Source of the DNA: Salpingoeca rosetta | Taxonomy: Eukaryota; Protista; Choanoflagellata | Direction: 5' to 3' | DNA length: 64,000 nucleotides | Assembly (NCBI GenBank): GCA_033442325.1 | Contig: JAWQFM010000006.1 | Coordinates: 39,771-103,770 of the forward strand | Shown: in pieces, positions 1 to 14,740 of the stretch | Layout: every line of letters starts with the position of its first letter | Numbering within the stretch: position 1 is the stretch's first letter | Notes under the pieces: generated by a model | Database searches by the model: none | What the model was told of the DNA's origin: nothing | Seen by the model: the letters and a program-made list of their open reading frames with translations, nothing else | Translations under genes and position numbers: made by a program

Positions 1-27
1 CACACACACACACACGCACGCACGCAC

Positions 28-66
<39 letters not shown>

Positions 67-730
67 TATCACTCATACGCGCGTACAACACCCTCCTCGC
101 CTGCACCGCACCTTCGACGATGATGAGCTTCTGCTGCGGAGATGTGCGGGCAAAAACAATTTCGCGGTGCTGTGCGAGAATGCGATCAAGGTCGGCCGCG
201 CTCATGCGGGCCAGCTCCGACCCGTCCTGCAACCACGAGCAGTTGGGGAAGCAGGTATGGGCAGGGACAGCACAATACAAGCAGCAGGCATATGTGTGTG
301 AATGTGTGAGAAAGCGAATGTAGGAGCGTCAGCGCGTTTTGTGTCCCAGTGGTCGATGGAGTCAGTAGACGATAGATGAGCACCTCCCTGCAGTGCGCGT
401 GCATGTGGTCAATCCAATTTCTCACGGAGATCACGCGCACCTTGATGACGATGGCACCCGCCTCTGCAGGGTCGACGGATGACACATCCACTCCCCGCTC
501 TTCTGCAATGTCATCAGCAGTTTTCTCGGAGTGGATGATGCCAACTTGCTTTGCAATGGCCTGCGCCGTGATGGGGTGGTCGCCAGTGACCATGATGACC
601 TGTTTGCAGTCACATTTGTCGTGTTGTGAGGATTGTGTGAAGGCGTGTTCATTGTTGAGCCATAAAAAATCCACGAAAACTAAAGTGCGCATGCACACAT
701 CGCGCGTGAAGCCCTCCTCCTCCTCCCACG

Positions 731-767
<37 letters not shown>

Positions 768-1279
768 TGATGCCTGCTGATCTACACTTTGCGACAGCGG
801 CGGGCACGGTTGGACGCGGGGGGTCGATGAGGGCAAGAAGACCGCAATACACGAGATCGTCCAGCGGAACGTTCTCCGATTGCTTGCCAAAGTCAAATCC
901 TGTCGGATATGTCTCCAGTGGAAGACGCAGTGTTGCGAATCCTAGCACACGCTCGCCATACTTGCCGAGTTGTAGGCAGTTTGCATCGAACGTGCGGCGG
1001 TCGTCATCTGCGGGAATGCAGGGCGCAACCAGTGTCCGCGCAACATGAGGGCACACCACGCGTCTGCGCACAGCACGACACAACAGATGCAATACAATCC
1101 CGGACATGCAATGCTGTGCACACCTAACACACCACACGTCATGCGTATGATGTGATCATGCTACCTGTGAGAGGCTCGATGTTGCCGTTGCGGTAAATGT
1201 GGGAGCAGCGCACGAAAATCCGCTCCGGCGCTCCCTGAACACATTCGCACACACACACACACACACGCACACACACACG

Positions 1280-1311
<32 letters not shown>

Positions 1312-2263
1312 CACACACACACACACACACGTATGAGCTGAGCACGCATGACATTCAGCAACCATGGCAGTGCAGCATCCGCATGAGTCGTCCACGTGAG
1401 ACCACACGATCAGCAACCGCAAGTCCGGCACGTAGCCGCACCTTCATGACGAGGAGATAGCGGGGGTCGTTGTCTGGGGTTGTGTGCACCGAAACCTGGT
1501 ACTTGTTCTTTGAGTTGAATGGGATTTCAGCAACAATTGGGTATTTCTTTCTCTCAGCCACAACAATTGACTCGTCCGTGAGCACGGGGTCATCCAGCAC
1601 CGTCTGTGCGCAGCGCTCCGTGAACTTGAAGATGGCGCATTCTGTGGATTACACACGAAAAGGATGTTGTTGTTGTTGTTGTTGTTGTTGGTAATGTTGT
1701 TAATGGTGGTGGTGTGTTGAAAAGGTACCAGAGGCAGTAACTACCACACATGTACACACGAACACACATGTACACACGAACACACACACACGCACGCACG
1801 CACGCACACACACGTACACACGCACGCACACACGTACACACGCATGCACACGTACACACGCACGCACACACGTACACACGCACGCACACACGTACATACA
1901 CACGCACGCACATACAAACACATGCACACACACGCACACACACATGACGAGGCGCCATGGCGTGGTACCTGAAGCGTCACCGACGGTGCTTCGCAGTAGG
2001 ATGGGGAGGTCCGAATTTGCGTCGCCGTTCCTGTGGTGTTTTGTGCTGTCGGTCTTGTTGGGGCCGTTGCCCGCACGGAAGCGCGCCTGTTGTTTGTTAC
2101 GAAGCAGGTGGTGTGTGCGGTGGAAGATGGGATATATGCGAGCAAATGCAAGTGCATGTTCTCATCTCGGACAGACAGACACACACACATACAGACACAC
2201 ACACACAGACACATACAGACACACACACAGACACATACACACACACACACACAGACACATACA

Positions 2264-2300
<37 letters not shown>

Positions 2301-2621
2301 ACACACACACACACACGGAATCGCTACCTTGTTGCAGAGGACGGCGACGCGGAAGAGCGCGCGAAAGCTTGTGTTGACTGCAAAGGGAAGGTCCTTCTCC
2401 ACATCTGGGTCGGTGTTGACCTCGCGAATCTGCTGATCAAAGCACACGTGCGCCACCGTCATGTTGTTCTGCGTCAGGGTGCCTGTCTTGTCGGAGCAGA
2501 TGGTGGAGGTGGAGCCGAGCGTCTCCACAGCCTCCAGATGCTTCACGAGGCAGTTCTTCGTCGCCATCTTCTTCGCCGTCAGCGTCAGGCACACCGTCAC
2601 CGTGGCGAGCAGACCCTCTGG

Positions 2622-2673
<52 letters not shown>

Positions 2674-3120
2674 CAAAGCCGGAACATGATGAAGATGAGA
2701 AGGTGAGACGGTCGGCAAAAAATATGACAGATCACATGCCGCAGCAGCTGCCGCATCACAGGGAGCAGGCATGTGGCAGGCAACGCAACCTCAGCAAGTG
2801 TTCGCTCGTCTGACTCACCCGGCACGTTTGCAACAATGATGCCAATGAGGAAGATTACAGAGTCGAGCCAGAAGTAACTGTAATCACATATGTGTAAAAC
2901 GGCGGGTGGTGGTGGCACGAGGAGACAGCGGGCGGAGTGAGGAGGAGCGATGGCAATTGGGAGCCAGGCATTTGTTGAATTCAAGCAAGCAAAGGTGGGG
3001 GGGGGCGCACCCGGTGCCGAGTGAAACTGCGAAGAAGGTGATGCCGAGGAACACAGCAACGGTACTGGCGAGCAAACAGAAGAAAGATCGTTAATGGCAG
3101 TGCATGTGGGCCACCATGTG

Positions 3121-3193
<73 letters not shown>

Positions 3194-3805
3194 TTTTGGG
3201 AAGCTGACACACGATGAATGCACCTGATGATGTTGATAAAGTGCTGAATTTCGCGGGCAATGGGCGTATCTGGTGATGACGGTACATGGGTCAAGCATGT
3301 GCACGGTGAGTCTGTCGGTGGTGGAAGCGGTGCTGTGTTTTGAGCAGTGCTTGATCAAACACATCAGCATACATTGGCATTACACATGTACAGCATTCAA
3401 CAGACAAACATGCACATGTACACACGCACACAGACACACGCACACAGACACACGATTTTTGCAACCAAACACAACACACACGAACAGAGAGACAGAGAGA
3501 CACACTCATACATGCATGCACGCACCGCCCGAGTCGACGCCGCTGGCGAGACCGGCGATGCGGCCGAGGACGGTGTTATCTCCGCATCGAATAACAATCC
3601 CCGTGCCCGCGCCCTCCACGGCGTTGGTGGAGAAGAAGGCAATGTTCTTCGTTTCGAGCGGGGTGTCGCTCGTGCATTCCGCTGATCGTGACTGCGGCTC
3701 CGCCTCGCCAGTGAGGGACGAGTTGTCAACCTGTACATGTGAGTGGAAAATGAGAAAGAAGAGAGGTGGTCAGGGAGGGAAAAGAGCCCTCCGAAAAGTA
3801 CAATA

Positions 3806-3865
<60 letters not shown>

Positions 3866-5375
3866 GCATACACGCACGCACGCACACACGCACGCACACA
3901 CACACACACACACACACACCATCACACAACACCTTGAGGCCGTGCTCGTCGATGATGCGCAGGTCGGCCGGGATGCGGTCGCCGGCCTTGACTTCGACGA
4001 CGTCGCCGCGCACCAGCTCCTCCGCATTGAGCACCTCCAACTTCCCGTTGCGGTGCACGCGGGATTTCTGCGGCTGCAGCTTGATGAAACTCTTCATCAC
4101 GTCCGCAGCGCGCCGCTCCTGCATGTACGAGAAGCAGCCCGTCACAAACACGACGACAGCGAGGACAATGCCCAGGTACAGGTTGTCTGCTGGCACGCGG
4201 ACGCCGGGGTCCGCCTGCGACACCTGGATCCCGTATGCGATGAAGCACAGGATGGCGCCAATCCACAGCAGCGTGGCAAACCCGCCCACCATCTGGCGAA
4301 GGAACTTGATCCACTCCAGCGTTGTTGGCGGCGGGCTGAGCACGTTCAGGCCCTCCCTGCCCCGAATGGCCTCCACCTGCTCCGTGGAGAGGCCCTGCGA
4401 GACGTCGGTGATGCCGAGGCGCCTCTGAAGTTCGTGCAGCGGGATGGCGTGATCATCCATCACCACTTCCCGCTTCAGATCCTCTAGGTCCGGCTTGCCT
4501 TTCTGCTTTCGCTTCTTCTTCTCCAACGCTGCAATCACGCAACACAAGTGTCAGAGAGAGAGAGAGAGAGAGAGTGTGTGTGTGTGTGTGAGTGAGGATG
4601 TGTGAGTAAGTGAGTCAGCATGAGTGTGTGCATGTGTGCGTGTGCATTTCTGTGTGCATGTGTGCGTGTGCACTTTTGTGTGCATGTGCGCGCGTGCATG
4701 TGTCAGTGCGGGCAGAAATGCGAAGAATGGGATCATGCAGACGTTTGGCGCGTGTGCTGTTGATGGCATGTGTTATTCATGCCACATGGATCACCTGTTG
4801 ATCGCAGTAAGCTGCGTTGGAGGGACTTTTTCATCTGGGCACTGCGCTGGCTGGCCGTGAGCGCTCGCGCCTGCGTGGATTCAACAGAATCATCCTCTAT
4901 ACCCACAGGCAAGCATGCGTGTGTGCGTTAGGCGGCGAGTTGTCAACGAAAGACACATATACACATGACAAAAACGCGCATGTGTCGAGCACCATCACCA
5001 ACAAGGAGCACGCTCAACCAACAACCAAACGCGACGCAAACAACACCCCCCCCGCCNNNNNNNNNNNNNNNNNNNNNNNNNNNNNNNNNNNNNNNNNNNN
5101 NNNNNNNNNNNNNNNNNNNNNNNNNNNNNNNNNNNNNNNNNNNNNNNNNNNNNNNNCAGTGAGAGAGCTACTGCCATAAAAACTCAACACGACTCTCCCC
5201 CTCATACCCACCGGAAGGCATGCGTCGCGGCGGTAGTCGGGACGTCTTATACACAACGACTAGTTGCTCACTATAAAAACACGGGGATGTCTCGGACACT
5301 CCATCCCGACGAGGGACCCCTCACCATATAGCATACAAGCCCGGCCCCAACCCCCCCCTATACCTCGCCAACACT

Positions 5376-5453
<78 letters not shown>

Positions 5454-6066
5454 CACACACACACACTCTCTCTCTCTCTAACATACGAGGGACTTTCAGC
5501 AGGCCTGGGCTGGATTGGGCGAGGCTGGTTTCCTGGTCCGAATCTTGGCTGCCATCAGGGCTCTGTGATTCTGTGGAGCGTCCTTGCTGCAGGCGCTTCT
5601 TTTTCTTTCTTTTCCGGCGCTGTGACGGGTCTTCCGCGATGATGTGTGGCACCGGAAACGACGGCTCCTGTGCATGCGTCATGGCGAGCCTGTAGCTGTC
5701 CGTCCGCATGTCCACGCTCTGTGGGTTTGTTGGTGTGTGTTTGCGTGTGAGAGGTTCTTGCCGTGAACTACGGCACTGACGTGCAACACACAACACACGC
5801 AGGGGAAGACAAAGAGGCAGACAAAGAGGCAGACAAAGAGGCAGACAAAGAGGCAGACAAAGAGAAAGAAGAAGAAGGCACCCACCCACCCACACACACA
5901 CACACACTCTCTCTCATGCACACCCTCACTCTCTCACGCATGCCCACCCACCCACCCACACACACACACACACACTCTCTCTCTCTCATGCACACACCTC
6001 GTCGTGGATGTGCACTGATGGCGGCTGCCCACCGTTGGTGCTTGCATTGTCGTGTTGGTCTGTCAT
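1..6066 (-). CDS. ATP1A: Na+/K+-transporting P-type ATPase alpha subunit (P2C), multi-exon, 3' part runs off the window
   Basis: Spliced exons 5998-6066 ([13 protein letters not shown]..), 5487-5718, ~4795-4906, ~3932-4528 ([25 protein letters not shown]), then [42 protein letters not shown] (phospho-Asp), [64 protein letters not shown] boundaries are phase-consistent where checked. Confidence 0.96.
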
Positions 6067-6386
6067 GGTTGTTGTGCAGCTCTAGCCTTGGCTGGGGTAG
6101 GCGACAGGCAAGTCGTGCTTCTGCTTGCCGCAGTGAGACGTGAAATGTGAGAACGAATGATGTGAAGCACACATCGTTGTCGAGGCACACCATCCTATGC
6201 TCAGGATGAAGCAAGAACGGGTCGTTGGGCGGTTGCATCATCATCGGTGTTTTCGCCACTGCTTGCTTCTGCACAATCTTCATTGGCCCATAAATATGTC
6301 TAAGTAATAGAAATAGGCCATACATGATCGGCTGCGCATGTTGGCTGCGCATGTTTGAGTGCGTGCTTGCTCCCCTCCCCTCTCTG

Positions 6387-6471
<85 letters not shown>

Positions 6472-6629
6472 CTGACTGACTGTCTCCCCTTGATCAAGCA
6501 GATTTGTCAGTCATTTACCATTTGTGTTGTGAGCATAACAATAACAAAAAGAAGTTGCTTATCCATACGTTCCACCACCATACATTATTATCACCACCGC
6601 CACCACCTCCACCACTCACAGCCCAACAG

Positions 6630-8107
6630 TCACTGGTGCCTCGTGCGCGTACGCTCGTGGTCGTGGTGGACCTCCACCACTGCATCACTGTCGTCGTTGT
6701 CGTCGTCGTCGTCGTCGTCATGATGGTGATCGTCGCCGTCGCAATGTTGCCGCGTCCAGTGGCCCGTGCACGACGCCGCATGTGGAACAATCAGGTCGTT
6801 ATGGATCGGCCGGAAGCAGATGGGGCATTGCGTGTGCGTCGGCAGTCTTGCCTCAGCACCACGACCACTGCTCGAGGAAGAACAGTCACCGTGACCTGCT
6901 TCAACGCCGCGGTGTTCCTTGTGTCTCCTCCTTGCTGCTGTGTGCCCGTGCTGTGGTCCGCGCGTGTGCGATGAGGTGCTGTCACCATGTCCGTTTCCTG
7001 TTACGTCTTCACCATCGTCATCCAGCACCTGCGTGGCGTGGTCACGCCGTCGGCGTGGTCTGGCCGCCTGCTAGAACACGGGTGCACATGTGTGTGTGTG
7101 TGAATGTGTGCGTGAATGTGTGTGAGTGTGTGTGTAAGTGTAAGTGCATGTGTTCGAATGTGTGGATGTGTGCACATGAGTGTGCGTGTGCGAATGTGTA
7201 GATGTGTGCATATGTGCGTGTTTGTGTGTGTGGAAGCGAAAGAGAAGAAGCGATAGAATGTGCACATGCACAAACGCACCAAGTACATGGTTCAGAAAAC
7301 AACTCAAACAACCACAATTCACGCTGGATGCATGTTCCCCAACACATACATACACGATGCACGATGCAAGGGAACCATGCCAGCACGTTGAGAGGGGGGG
7401 GGGTGTGTCTGACCTCGCTCATGAACGATTCAATGGTGCGCCGCCTCTCCACCTTGGACCTGCGTTGCTGCTGCTGCTGCTGGTGTTTTGCTCTTTTCCT
7501 CGCCCGGCCCGCGCCGCTCGATGCGCTGCGCGTCAACTTCGGCCGCCGCCGCTGTGATCTGCAGTACCACGCGCAAGTACAACATGTGGAGGGTGGGGGG
7601 TGTACAAATGTGTGTGATGGCAACGTGACAACAAGTTTCACTGGCGCGAGACGCCGTTTCACACACTTTTACACTTGCACCCTTACGCACACGTACACAC
7701 ACACACACTTACACTTACACACACGTACACACGTACACACACGTATACACACACACTTACACACACACACTCACTCACTCACTCACTCACGTGCTGGAAT
7801 GAGTGGCTGCTGTTGCCGTAAATCCTTGTCTGTCATGTCCGCGCGCAACCACGCCCGCTTCAATCGCCTTTGCCGACAGAGCCTCGCCAGGCGCACACGA
7901 CGACGACGTTGTGGAAGACATGGTCACTGGCAGCGACTGCGATGATGATGGCTGTGACGACGCCGCCTCCTCCTCCTCCATCAACCGCTGTGCGTACTCG
8001 AGATCCCGCTTCACCTGCACTTGGCACCGGCAGGCGTGCGTGTGTGCACATGTGCATGTGCATGTGTATGTGTGAGAGAGCGAGAGAGAGAGAGAGACAG
8101 GAGGGAG

Positions 8108-8188
<81 letters not shown>

Positions 8189-8487
8189 NNNNNNNNNNNN
8201 NNNNNNNNNNNNNNNNNNNNNNNNNNNNNNNNNNNNNNNNNNNNNNNNNNNNNNNNNNNNNNNNNNNNNNNNNNNNNNNNNNNNNNNNTACACCTCGCTA
8301 CTCGCTTCCTTTTCTACTCGGTTGCTCTACCCTTCCTCTCCCCACCTCCCCCCGTGCCTCCATCATCCTGACCGACTAATATGTGATCGATGTGTATTTA
8401 ATCTACCACGTCGAGTTGAGTCCTCTAGGCGCCTAGCCCGGCCACGAACACGACATTCACTGTGTCCAAGTTCATACTATCCCTCTG

Positions 8488-8565
<78 letters not shown>

Positions 8566-9591
8566 GAGAGACAGAGACAAAGACACAGAGAGAGAGAGAC
8601 AGACAGAGACACACACACAGAGAGAGAGTGTGTGTGTGTGTGCGTGTCTCTGTGTGAGTGGCTGTGTGCGATGGATGGTATTAACCGCAGACCGATGGAC
8701 ACTGGCAGCAGGAATCTGGCAAAAGAACACGTGACGTTCAGCAATCATGTTGGTTGCGCTCACCCTCTCCTCCTCCTCAAGCTGCTTCCTGATTTCGTCG
8801 TCGGTCTGTGCGAGCTGGCGTATGGCCTGCATGCTCGCCTCCTCCTCTGCCCGCCGCTCCGCCTCCAGCCGCGCGACCTCCGCTTCATACTCCGCGCGCA
8901 CCTCCTGTGCACCCGCATGGGGGCAGCGCGGCGTGTTGGAATGCAATGCGACGCAATGCGATGGGGGGTGTGAGGGACGTCGTATGCAGCACACAGGATG
9001 TCGACATTCTCGTGGATGGTGAAACACGGCGCAGCAGACAGCACAATGGACGAGAAATTTCAGTCACAAGCAGAACACGCGCACACGCATGGTGTACGCA
9101 CGCCGTCCGAAGCCAGTCGCGGCCTTGGCTGGGCTGTTAACTGATCCTCCAAGTCGCCCAGATCTTTCGTATGTGCCTAAGGGAACAGCAGAGGGAGCAG
9201 CAGAAGCGGCAGCAGAGGGAACAGGGGGAAGACCATCATTTGATCACGCAAACACCCGCCCACACCCACACCCACACCCACACACCCACACCCACACACC
9301 CACACCCACACTCGCACTCACACACCCACACAAACTGCATGTAGTGCCAACGTACTTGGCATTGTTTGGGGTACAGGCGCTGCATCTCCTCCCACAGCGT
9401 TTGATCAACCACAGAACCCTTCAACTTGCGGCACCAGACATGCAAACGCCTACGAGCAAAGGAGCCATGGAATAAAGCATCATACACGGCGTTCGAACAC
9501 AATCAGTATCGACAGTGCTGGACATTACAGCGCCAGCCAGAACAATTTGTACCGCATGCAATAGTGTTGTGACACAGCAACACTCCGCGCG

Positions 9592-9626
<35 letters not shown>

Positions 9627-9630
9627 GCAC

Positions 9631-9697
<67 letters not shown>

Positions 9698-10030
9698 GGT
9701 GTGGTTCGCACACATCTGGCTGCACACATGCATGTTTCGTGTCCTCTTACCGACGACACATGGGACACTCCATGTTGCTCAGCTCCTCTATCCTTCGAAA
9801 GCACTCCTCACATACCCTGGAAACATGCAATCGCAAAGTGCACAACGTCGCAACACATCAACCGACAGAGCACAGCCCACTGCTTCTCGAATTCACGACA
9901 CACGTGCATGCGCAGTGCAATATACCAATTCCTTCTGACGTACACAAAGATAACACACACACACACAAAACACACAGATAACAAACACACACAAACACAC
10001 AAACACACACAGATAACACAAACAAACACA

Positions 10031-10108
<78 letters not shown>

Positions 10109-10353
10109 GCACACGCCGAGCACAAGGAACACAATCCCCACCTATGTGTGCAGGGCAGGACCACTGGCGGAATCAGCAAGCCCATGCACAGGAAGCAAAC
10201 GTGCTCCTCCCGTACGCTACACGTCCTATTTCCACCACCACCACCACCACCACCACCATCATCATCATCACCACCACCATCTTTACTGATGCCTGTCTCC
10301 TTGCGTTCCCCTCCACCCAAAGACGACGTTGCTTCAGCCGCTTCTTCAGCCAT
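6630..10353 (-). CDS. RNF168: RNF168/RNF169-like RING E3 ubiquitin ligase with UMI/MIU helices and a C-terminal UBZ4-type zinc finger (~8 exons)
   Basis: Spliced C3HC4 [43 protein letters not shown], then [85 protein letters not shown]. This is collinear with the recalled human RNF168 N-terminus. Last exon has [20 protein letters not shown]. Confidence 0.82.
8074..8630 (+). repeat. (GA)n and (GACA)n microsatellites flanking an N-gap in an RNF168-like intron
   Basis: Directly visible. Confidence 0.9.
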
Positions 10354-10533
10354 CTCCAACCAACTTCTTGCTTGTCCTCCTCGCCTCTGATTGCGGAAAA
10401 CTGTACATTTCTTCAGTGCATTTTCCACACTTCACTGAACGCGCGAGCCACCAAACAAGAAGCACAAGGCAAGCAAGAAGCAACCAACCCTTACGCTGAC
10501 CACCAATCTTCGACGAGCACTGGCATCATCAAG
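10354..10533. promoter_or_regulatory. Bidirectional promoter RNF168-like/DUF2433 gene
   Basis: 180 bp between divergent ATGs, repeat-free; contains inverted repeat TTCAGTG..CACTGAA (10412-10439). Confidence 0.55.
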
Positions 10534-13500
10534 ATGAGCGACGCCACGACGGAGGCCAAGGCAGCAACAGCAGCCACGCCAGCGACGACCAAGGACACTG
10601 AGCCAAAGACAGTGCAAGCAGCAGCGGAAACCGCCAAGCCACCCACGAAGCAGGAGGCGGGATCCTCTGCCAAGAAGGAAGGAACGAAGCAGCTGACGGC
10701 CAAACCACCGCAGCAGCAGAAGCACCATTCGCAGTCGGCGTCCTCGCCACAGCAGCAGCAGCAGCAGCAGCACCAACAACAACAACAGCAGCAGCAGCAG
10801 CAACAACAACAACAACAACAGTCGGGCAACAAGAAGCGCGAAGGCCGAACGCCAAAGACGAGCACGAGCTCTGCTTCGCATGGCTCGTCCAAGTTCAGCC
10901 GCAGCGGGTCCAGCAAGGGTGGCAAGGGCGCAGATGGCGACAGCAAGGCGGCCGCGTCTTCCACGGGAGCCACCACGACCAGCAGCGGAAAGTCCGGCTC
11001 AACGTCGCATGCGCACGACAAGGTAGCGGGCAGTGACAGGCCGAAGCGGGGCGGCTACCGCAAGCCCAGTACGTCCTCTGGGCCAGGCATGTCATCGGGT
11101 TCTCACACGCACCGCTTCAGTTTCCTCGACGACAACCGCACGAAATGCCTTCTGGTTGCAGACCCCAACGGTGGGCAGCTGATGTGTGTGTGTGTGTGTG
11201 TGTGTGCGTGTGCGTGCGCGAGTGCGTTCGCGTGTGTGTGTGCAAGCATTCAGCTGGACGAACACGACTAACTGCTCTGTGTGTGTGTGTGTGCGGTCGT
11301 GACATGCTGTGCTCTGGGTTATCTCGTTCAGGGGACCTGCAATCCATCAACATGGCTGTGCGGCGGGTCAATGCCCAGTATGTCATCGTTGTCGGCAACC
11401 TCGGCTTCTACGACATGGACAGCCGCGTGCCACGGAACGAAGCAGAGACGCGCCGTGCGGCTGGTGCGTGGGTGGCGTGCGTGCCGCTTCGAAAAGAAAA
11501 CATGTGTATGTGTGTGTGTGTCAGATGTTTGGCACTTGATTCGTGTGTGTGTGTGTGTGTGTGTGCCGTGAACATGTGCCTAATGTGTCCATCTCTCCAC
11601 TCCTCTCACACTGTTCCCTCTGATTTGCGCCATCGCTGCCTCTCCGCCTCCAACGCTCAAACAACAACAACAACTTAAACAACAACAACAACTTAAACAA
11701 CAACAACGCCCGCGCGTGCTTGTCATCCACAGGCGGCCATCCTGCCGGGGATCTGCCTGCGTTTCTGCGCGGCGAGATGAAGTTCCACGTGCCCGTGTTT
11801 GCTGTCTACGGCAACCGCGGTGACGTGAAGGTGATTGACAAGCTGGTGAGCGGCGAGTACAAGGTGCCCAACCTGACGCTGCTGCACGAGCGCGTGACGC
11901 AGCAGGTGGGCGGCGTGCGGCTGTTTGGACTCGGCGGCCATTTCCGCAGCCGCCGCCTCTTCGATGCCGGCACTGCCACCGTCAACTCCGTTGCAGGCAG
12001 CAAGGACGGGTACGATGCGCGTGTGCGTGTGTGTGCATTGGGCCTGTAGATTGTTCGTGCGTGCGTGCATGTGTGTGTGTATATGTGTGGTGTGTGTGTG
12101 TGTTTATGTGTGTGTGTGTGTGCGTGTGTGTATATGTTGGGCCTGTAGATTGTTCGTGTGTGCGTGTGCGTGTGTGCGCATATATGTGTGGGGTGTGTAT
12201 GTAAATGCAGGACTGTTTGTGTTTGTGTGTGCATGTCAACTTTTGCAACTGCATGTGCATGCAGTGCAATATGCCCCTGTTTTTCGCTTTCTTCCTCTTT
12301 GAAGCGATTTCACCCATCCTCACCTCTGTTGCCCGCTTTTCAAATCGTCAGCATGTGGACAACATTCATCCAGGCCGGTGAACTCATTGACCTCGCAGAC
12401 AAGGTGTAGCAGCAGCGCATTCATCCCCCACTCTGGCATGTGGATAATGGTTGCACGTGGTGGAGACCGCGTGCATGTGTCGCCTCGTCGCAACGTGCAC
12501 CGCCCATACATGTCTGCTCGTTGACCCTTGATCTCACAACCGCATGTCAATGTGTGTGTGTGTGTGTGTGCGTGTGCGTGTGCGTGTGTGTGGAACGTTT
12601 TTGTTTTCATGTGTTGCCGCGAGAAGTTGGAGCAGAAGGACAAGGACTGCACGCGTGTGCTCATCACGTTCGATAGCCCTACAAAGCATCCGTATCTCAT
12701 GCGACTTGCCCACCGCATCAAGGTGCGTGCATGGCCCGTGCGCGTGTGTCTGTGTGTTCATGCTTGGGGGAGGGGGAAGATGCCACGCGTTTGTACACTT
12801 TGTTTTGTTTGGTTTGTGTTTGCGTTTGGGGCGTGCGTCCTGCATCGTTGCACTCGTCCCCCAACTGCTCCTCTCCTTGCTTGTGTGTGTGTATGTGTGT
12901 GTGTATGTGTGTGTGTGTGTGTGCAGGCGACGACTGTGATCAGCGCAGCGCCTGGCGCTCCGTGCAGCACCTCCTTCTTCCCATATGACGTCATGCCTTA
13001 CTCGGTCATCCGCGACCAGTTTTCAGCGTGCGTTGAAATGCTTTTGCATGATGCACTCCGTGTGTGTTCGTGATGTCGACAATGTCGCGTAACTACAGCA
13101 CGCACACACACACACACACATACACACACATACATACATCCATACACACATACATACATACATACATACATACATACACACATACACACACAAACACACA
13201 CACACATACATACATACATACATACATACATACATACATACATACATACATACATACATACATACATACATACATACATACATACATACATACATACATA
13301 CATACATACATACATACATACATACATACATACATACATACATACATACATACATACATACATACATACATACACACATACATACATACATACATACACA
13401 CACACATACACACATTCACCTCTTGGTTTTGTGGTGTTGGTTGCACTGTAATCATCTCAACCACAAACATGTCAACCACTCACGAGACACGACCGGACGA

Positions 13501-14701
13501 TTTCGCCAACAGGAGCGCGCGGGAACTGAGGCAGCTGTGGCACGATGTCAAGGACCAGGTGGTGCAGATCGCCAGCGACGACCTCATGGGCACGCTCGCC
13601 CTCGCCGTTGACGTCAGTCGTTTGTGTGGCGTGTGTTGCTCGTGGTGCCGGTGGCAGTGGCACTCATGTCTCTGACGCGTTGCTCTTGCGGCCCGCCTCT
13701 TCACGCATGCACACACACGCATGCACACACACACACACACAACAATAACCACACACACACACTCACACACTCACACACACATTCACACACTCACACATGC
13801 ACACACACACACACGCACACACACACTCACACACACGCACACACACACTCACACACACGCACACACGCTCACCACCGGCTTGCAGATTATTGACAAGGAG
13901 GTGCCACCGCAGTACTTGAAGAGCACGCTGAACATCAACGTGACCGCTGCTCACTACAAGAGCATTTCTCTTCTGACAATCGAGGGTGCACAGCTTGGAT
14001 TTGCAGTCGCTCACTTCTCCCTCGCGCACCCAGCAAAGAAACGGCTCCAAAACGTAGGGCCATGCTCATGTGCGCTGCTTGTTGTTGTTTGTGTTGTGTG
14101 TGTTGCTTCTGTTTTGTTTGTTTGTTTGTTTGTTTGCTTGGGTGCACATTGTGCACGACTTGTCGCTGGTGACATGTGCTTCCCTGACTTCATGTGATTC
14201 CCTTTGTTCCCCTCCCCTGGATAACCCGTGCATCTCGTGCCTCACCACTGCAGGACGGGCGGTTGGCGCTGCTGTTCCCCGCGGGCGCGTGGCAGCACGT
14301 CGTCACAGAGGACGATGTGCGCGCGGTGTTTTCAGACCTCCGCATCGACTCCATCGAGGAGTCGGGGGATGCGACAAAGCCCGTACGTGCTTGCATACGC
14401 TGCGATGGTGTTGGCATGGGGCATGATGGATGTTCATCGTGCAAGCGTGTGCGTGCATGTTTGGCGGCATTTGATTGTGGCTGCTGTACTCGTGTACCAA
14501 ATGCGTACTTGGGTACCGACTGCCATGGGCGATTCTCACGCGTGACGTTGTGCTTCATGCATCGCAGGTGAAGGTGCACTTTTCAACCCCACAATTCGCA
14601 CAGCAGGCGGTTGCTGTGGCGGAGGGCAAGGTATGCACGAGTATGCTGCACATTGCAACACCTTCTCTTGTCGTCAAAGTGTACACGCAAGCCAGTTGAA
14701 G

Positions 14702-14740
<39 letters not shown>

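Noticed and set aside
1590-2813. Hundreds of ORFs rich in CV/HT/SL/ER repeats, here and throughout the window
   Set aside because: Stop-free translation of intronic microsatellites; no protein signal.
5157-5375. Odd non-repetitive sequence after the gap in an ATPase intron (similar case at 8289-8490)
   Set aside because: Looks like a garbled copy of ~4890-5056; low-quality contig end, not a mobile element.
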